A stretch of DNA of 64,000 nt from Bacillota bacterium (GTDB lineage: Bacteria > Pseudomonadota > Gammaproteobacteria > Natronospirales > REEB76), in contig JBLNDO010000055.1 of assembly GCA_050261675.1 (NCBI GenBank), positions 2,701 to 66,700 of the forward strand, read 5' to 3'. The position numbers were made by a program, and so were the translations under genes. Position 1 is the stretch's first letter. Each line of letters opens with the position of its first letter. This document shows, piece by piece, positions 59,429 through 64,000 of this stretch. The notes under the pieces were generated by a model. It did not search any database and had not been told where the DNA came from. It worked only from the letters and a program-made list of their open reading frames with translations.

Positions 59429-60130
59429 ATGAAAAAAGCCAAATCCTCTTCGCCGAATTCACGGCGCGCCATGCTGCAATTGCTGAAGCGGGAAGGTGCA
59501 GTCACCGCGGGAGATGTGGCGGAGCGCCTGGGGATGACCCGCGAAGGCGCCCGTCAGTGGCTGCAGACCCTGGAGAAGGAAGGCGCCGTGGCGCGCATCG
59601 CGCCGCGGGAAACCACGGGCGCCGGTCGGCCGGCCGTGAGCTTCGCGCTCACGCCCGAAGGCGAGCACCTGTTCGCCAAGAACTACGACAACCTCGCCGT
59701 ATCCCTGGTGGACGCAGTGGCGGACCAGCTGGGACAGGAAGCCCTGGTGAAGCTGCTCACCGCCATCACCGAGCAGCAAGTGAAGGAATGGGAACCGAAG
59801 CTCGCCGGCAAATCCTTGCCGGAACGCATCAAGGCCCTGAAGGGCATCTACTTCGAGGACGACCCGCACACCTCGGTGCGCAGGGATTCCCAGGGCTACG
59901 TGCTGGTGGAGCGCAACTGCCCCTATCTCAACGTGGCGCTGCGCCGGCCGCACCTCTGCAGCGTCACGGTCTCGACGCTCACCCGGCTCCTGGGGGTGCG
60001 CGTGGTGCGCGAAGCGCGCTTCCAGGACGGCGACGGCCGCTGCGTGTTCCGCGTGCTCGAAGACCAGCCGGTGAACGTGAGCCGCTTCACGTTCGCCCTC
60101 GAACGTTCCGAATCCAAGGTCGCGGACTAA
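59429..60130 (+). CDS. SufR-like HTH transcriptional regulator with C-terminal cysteines
   Basis: HTH, GRP, LTPEGEHLF, ERNCPY, LC and RCVF motifs. Confidence 0.82.
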   Translation: MKKAKSSSPNSRRAMLQLLKREGAVTAGDVAERLGMTREGARQWLQTLEKEGAVARIAPRETTGAGRPAVSFALTPEGEHLFAKNYDNLAVSLVDAVADQLGQEALVKLLTAITEQQVKEWEPKLAGKSLPERIKALKGIYFEDDPHTSVRRDSQGYVLVERNCPYLNVALRRPHLCSVTVSTLTRLLGVRVVREARFQDGDGRCVFRVLEDQPVNVSRFTFALERSESKVAD

Positions 60131-60158
60131 CCGCCGGCCTGCCCACAAAGGCGCCAAC

Positions 60159-61673
60159 ATGGCCAATATTTCCGGTCCCGATTTCGCCGCTGGCGTTCCC
60201 GCCGCGGACCTCAAGCCGGGTGAGCCGCTGCTGGGGCACGCGGGCAAGGACCCGGTGATTCTGGTGCGCCACGGCCGGGAGGTTTCCGCGGTGGGCGCGG
60301 TCTGCACCCATTATCACGGACCGCTGGAGCAGGGGTTGGTGGTGGGCGACAGCATCCGCTGCCCCTGGCATCACGCCTGCTTCAGCCTGAGAAGCGGCGA
60401 GGTGCTCGGTGCCCCGGGCCTGACTGCCCTGCCGCGCTGGAAGGTGGAGGAGCGGGACGGGCGCGTGTTCGTGGGCGAGAAGCTCCCGGCCCTCACCCGC
60501 TCCCCGCGCACCGCGGGCGCGAAGGCGCCCGAATCGGTGGTGATCGTGGGCGGGGGCGCGGCCGGCGAAGCCGCCGCCACCGCCCTGCGCTTCCACGGAT
60601 ACCAGGGCCCGGTGACCATCCTCAGCGCCGAGGACAGCCTGCCTCCGGACCGCCCCAACCTGTCCAAGGACTATCTGGCCGGGACCGCTCCTAAGGAATG
60701 GGTGCCGGTGCGCAACGCCGCCTATTACGACAAACAGGGCATCACGCTGCTGCGCGGCGCGAACGTCACGCAGCTCGATCCCGCGAAGAAGAAGCTCGTC
60801 ACCGCCGACGGCCGCGAATTCGGTTTCGGCGCGCTCCTGCTCGCCACCGGCGCGGAGCCGGTGCGCCTCACGACGCCGGGAACGGACCTGCCTCACGTGC
60901 ATTATCTCCGCACCCTCGCCGACTGCGACGGCATCATCCAGGGCATCCAAGGCGGAGCGAAACGCGCGCTCGTCATCGGCGCGAGCTTCATCGGCCTCGA
61001 GGTGGCGGCGGCGCTGCGCGCTCGCGGCCTGGAGGTGCACGTGGTGGGCCCGGAAGCGCGCCCCCTGGAGCGGGTGCTCGGCCCCGAGCTCGGCGAGCTG
61101 GTGCGTTCGCTGCACGAGAAGAAGGGCGTGGTGTTCCACCTGGGCGCCACCGTCAGCGCCATCGGGGCGAAGGAAGCGACCTTAAGCAGCGGCGGCACGC
61201 TCTCCGCGGACCTGGTGGTGATTGGCGTGGGCGTGCGGCCGGCGACCGACCTCGCGGGCACGGCGGGCCTCGCCCGGGACAAGGGCATCCGCGTGGACGA
61301 ATACCTGGAGACCAGCGCGCCCGGCATCTACGCCGCCGGCGACGTGGCCCGCTGGCCCGACAAGCGCAGCGGACTGCCGCTGCGCGTGGAGCACTGGGCC
61401 GTGGCCCAGCGCCAGGGCCAGACCGCGGCCCGCAACATGCTCGGCTTCCACGAACCCTACACCGCCGTGCCCTTCTTCTGGAGCCAGCACTACGAGGTGG
61501 CCATCAACTACGTGGGGCACGCGGAGGGCTGGGACCGCCTGGACGTGGACGGCGATCCCATGAAACTCGACTGCAGCGTCAGCTACCGGCGTGATGGCAG
61601 GCTGCTGGCGCAGGCGACGGTGTTCCGCGACCGGCAGAGCCTCGAAACCGAGGCGGCCATGGAACTGGAATAG
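60159..61673 (+). CDS. Rieske [2Fe-2S] / FAD-dependent ferredoxin reductase fusion
   Basis: CTH...CPWH Rieske motif; GGGAAG, GASFIGLE, AAGD and VPFFWS. Confidence 0.93.
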   Translation: MANISGPDFAAGVPAADLKPGEPLLGHAGKDPVILVRHGREVSAVGAVCTHYHGPLEQGLVVGDSIRCPWHHACFSLRSGEVLGAPGLTALPRWKVEERDGRVFVGEKLPALTRSPRTAGAKAPESVVIVGGGAAGEAAATALRFHGYQGPVTILSAEDSLPPDRPNLSKDYLAGTAPKEWVPVRNAAYYDKQGITLLRGANVTQLDPAKKKLVTADGREFGFGALLLATGAEPVRLTTPGTDLPHVHYLRTLADCDGIIQGIQGGAKRALVIGASFIGLEVAAALRARGLEVHVVGPEARPLERVLGPELGELVRSLHEKKGVVFHLGATVSAIGAKEATLSSGGTLSADLVVIGVGVRPATDLAGTAGLARDKGIRVDEYLETSAPGIYAAGDVARWPDKRSGLPLRVEHWAVAQRQGQTAARNMLGFHEPYTAVPFFWSQHYEVAINYVGHAEGWDRLDVDGDPMKLDCSVSYRRDGRLLAQATVFRDRQSLETEAAMELE

Positions 61674-61693
61674 AACCAACCGAGGATACGCAC

Positions 61694-62251
61694 ATGAGAC
61701 TCTCCGCTCCTTCGAAGGCCCCCGAACTTCCGCTGCGCGACATCTACGGCGAGCCCGTGCACATCGGCAACGGCCGTCGCACACTGCTGTGCTTCTTCCG
61801 CGACGCCGCCTGCCCCTTCTGCAACTACCGCATCTACGAACTGACGCAGCAGCATAAGGGCCTCCTGGCCTTGGGCCTCGACATCGTGGCGGTGTTCGCC
61901 TCCACAAACGAGGAGGTAAAACGTTTCGTGGCGCGTCACCCGCGGCCGTTCACGGTGGTGGCGGACCCGACGGCGACGGCCCACCTGCGCTACGGCATCG
62001 AGCGTTCCTTGCTGCGCAAGCTCAAGGCCGTCGTGACCCGCGTCCCGACGCTCATCAAGGGCCTGCGCATCGTGGGCCTGGCGGGGTTCAAGACCAACAA
62101 CCTGATGCCGGCGGACTTCCTCATCGACGAGGAAGGCCGGATCGTCGAGACCTATTACGGCAGCGACGCCGGGGACCGCATCCCCTTCGAGCGGGTGGAA
62201 TTGTTCCTGGCCCGCGGCCTGGTGAAGCGCGGCTTGGCCTCCGCCGCCTGA
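61694..62251 (+). CDS. AhpC/TSA peroxiredoxin-like protein
   Basis: FFRDAACPFCN and MPADFLIDEEG motifs. Confidence 0.85.
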   Translation: MRLSAPSKAPELPLRDIYGEPVHIGNGRRTLLCFFRDAACPFCNYRIYELTQQHKGLLALGLDIVAVFASTNEEVKRFVARHPRPFTVVADPTATAHLRYGIERSLLRKLKAVVTRVPTLIKGLRIVGLAGFKTNNLMPADFLIDEEGRIVETYYGSDAGDRIPFERVELFLARGLVKRGLASAA

Positions 62252-62264
62252 ATCAGGGCGCGCT

Positions 62265-62987
62265 TCAGGGTTTGAAAAGGCTGTCGAAAGCCTGACCCCG
62301 GCTCACTTGGGTAAGCAAGTCGGCGACGGCGTGCGGCCCGCCGTGGGAGTCCATCCACATGACCGTCTTGCAGGCGGACTGGGCGTAGAGGACATCGCCT
62401 TCCTGCTCCAGTTCATCACGCCACTCGGAGGGCGTCGCCGGCATGTCCGGGAAGGAGCCGGCGAGGCATCGGCTCTGATGGCTCGGCGGCCTGATATAGA
62501 GGGGATCGTCGGCCGCCACCACCGCCACGCCTTGCTCGAACCACTCCGGGATCGCGCCCATCTGGATCTTCCATAGGCCGACCCGCACCCGCAGTTCCAC
62601 ATGGGCGAACTCCTCGGTCAAGGCGACCGTGTTCACGGCCTTCGGGGCCACCATCATGGCGAAACCGCCCAGGGAACCCGTGCCCGCCCCCGGATCGCCG
62701 CCGAGGCGGTGGAAACAGGCGTCATCGGCGCAGACCAGCAGGCGCGGGTGGGCGCGCTGCTCGCCGTAGAACTCGCGTATCTGCCGCTCGGATTCCGCCA
62801 GCACGGACTGCACATGCGTGCGGGCCTCGGGGGTCATGCTGGATTGGAGATAGAGACCGTCCGCCACGCGGCTGAAACCGAAGCACGCGGGACAAGTGGC
62901 CGCGACGGCCGGCCGCAGGATCAGGAACGCCACGCCCACGGTGAGCAGAGCCAGCGCCGCCAGCCAGAAAAGCGTCTTCCAGATCAT
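62265..62987 (-). CDS. Membrane-anchored peptidase-MA-like protein with a degenerate zinc motif
   Basis: N-terminal TM, CPACFG, EEFAH in place of HExxH, and PEWFEQGVA. Confidence 0.6.
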   Translation of the reverse strand: MIWKTLFWLAALALLTVGVAFLILRPAVAATCPACFGFSRVADGLYLQSSMTPEARTHVQSVLAESERQIREFYGEQRAHPRLLVCADDACFHRLGGDPGAGTGSLGGFAMMVAPKAVNTVALTEEFAHVELRVRVGLWKIQMGAIPEWFEQGVAVVAADDPLYIRPPSHQSRCLAGSFPDMPATPSEWRDELEQEGDVLYAQSACKTVMWMDSHGGPHAVADLLTQVSRGQAFDSLFKP

Positions 62988-63149
62988 CCCTGCCCCTTTG
63001 TCGCATAAACGAAGTGGAATCGCGGTGCAGGGATGCTCCGCGCGCGAATTGAGCATGAACGTGCTCGATTCGTCGGAGGTGAGTCCGGACATGTGCCGGA
63101 CTCGCCGAGTCTGAAAAATCCAGGGATGGATTTTTCAGAAAGCTTCAGA

Positions 63150-63770
63150 TCAGTTCGCCCGTAAGCGCACCACGGCACCGAGGGTGCCGCGGCTGTGGGG
63201 CATCACCATGAGGCTCGCGAGGCCCTCCTGCCCCGCTTCCACCGGCAGCCACACGCTCTCCTCCGAATCCAGCTGCCATTCGCTGGCGCCGGGCATCTTG
63301 AGCACCAGGGTCCCGGAGATGCTGAGGCAGAAGAGCGTCTCGAAGCCCGGCTCCCACACGAATTCCGTGGGCATGCCGGCGATCTCCAGGCACTCGTGTT
63401 CCACGCGGCCGCGGGCGGTCATGACGTTGAAGTCGCGCACCGGACCGTCGAGAAGGTGGCAGCGGGCGGGCCAGTCGCCGGAGAACTGGGCCGCCTGGCC
63501 GGGACGGCGCAGGCGCTGGGGCGCCGAGGCGGCGGCGAAATCGAGTTCCAGGCCCTTGCCCGTGGCGAGCATCAGGGTGCGGTCGTAGCCGGGATAGAGG
63601 GAGAAGTCCCCGTCGCTCACCACGTCCGCCATGCTGAGCCGCCAGTCGAAACCATCGAGGCCAGCGCCGGCCGGCTCCACCGCGAGTTCCGTGGTGAAGC
63701 CCATGCCGTTCTTCCAGGGCATGACGCGGTAGTCGGAGGGGACCAGTTTTCTGGCGCGGAGCGCAGGCAT
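63150..63770 (-). CDS. HutD/Ves family protein
   Basis: MPWKNGMGFTTEL, FDWRLSMA, FSLYPGYDR and DFNVM motifs. Confidence 0.9.
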   Translation of the reverse strand: MPALRARKLVPSDYRVMPWKNGMGFTTELAVEPAGAGLDGFDWRLSMADVVSDGDFSLYPGYDRTLMLATGKGLELDFAAASAPQRLRRPGQAAQFSGDWPARCHLLDGPVRDFNVMTARGRVEHECLEIAGMPTEFVWEPGFETLFCLSISGTLVLKMPGASEWQLDSEESVWLPVEAGQEGLASLMVMPHSRGTLGAVVRLRAN

Positions 63771-63774
63771 CTTT

Positions 63775-64000
63775 TCAGTTTATCGTCATCAGGCGGTAGG
63801 CGATAGCAGCGGTCCAGCGGCGCGGCGTGAAACGGGTGGTCCAGGCGATGAGTGCGTTGAGACGGCCGGAAATCACGCTGGGCCTGCGCTTCAGCATGGA
63901 TTTAATTCCTACACGAACGACTTCCGGCGGCTGCATCATCAGAAGCCGCTGGTAGAGACTTGCCTTCTGCCCCGCCACTTTCAGAAAATCCGTGGCGGTG
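63775..64000 (-). CDS. C-terminal end of a probable short-chain dehydrogenase (5' end outside the window)
   Basis: TATDFLKVAG...MMQPPEVV...SVISGRLN. Confidence 0.6.
   Translation of the reverse strand, partial: TATDFLKVAGQKASLYQRLLMMQPPEVVRVGIKSMLKRRPSVISGRLNALIAWTTRFTPRRWTAAIAYRLMTIN

Noticed and set aside
49800-64000. Prophage or integrative element downstream of the tRNA
   Set aside because: No integrase, phage or conjugation genes, and no distal att copy seen in the window.

Overview
High-GC window, most likely from a gammaproteobacterium, as judged by the rpsU-yqeY-dnaG-rpoD operon, tRNA(CAT), cca, slt, tsaD-folB-folK and a split nrdJa/nrdJb. From left to right: (1) 1-9.9 kb is a patchwork of small accessory genes punctuated by at least 7 same-orientation copies of a short AAA(C/T)CG(T/C)GGTCTGTCCCCTA repeat. 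It ends in an intact DpnI-family methyl-directed endonuclease gene, and three diverged fragments of that gene lie next to the repeats, suggesting a repeat-delimited cassette or rearrangement hotspot. (2) A split class II ribonucleotide reductase has a frameshifted free-standing HNH endonuclease gene between its halves, plus NrdR boxes and an IHF site upstream. (3) Core genes follow: hsp20, degQ, AKR, SSADH, slt, cca, a MidA-like methyltransferase and folM. (4) A 14-kb surface-glycosylation island with four GT-C-like membrane proteins and an Arn-like gene logic sits between folM and folK. (5) The macromolecular synthesis operon is followed by an ApbE/DUF3570/DUF4266/TlpA flavinylation cluster and a tRNA with a duplicated 3' end. 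(6) An ECF sigma/anti-sigma locus carries three identically spaced GGAACC-N16-CGTNA promoters, an FG-GAP GlyGly-CTERM surface protein and a TPR/beta-barrel. (7) A redox operon with a SufR-like regulator lies behind a perfect 28-bp operator. Five intergenic regions carry hairpins with ANGGA loops matching the CsrA/RsmA binding motif. All calls come from reading motifs by eye; no database searches were run.
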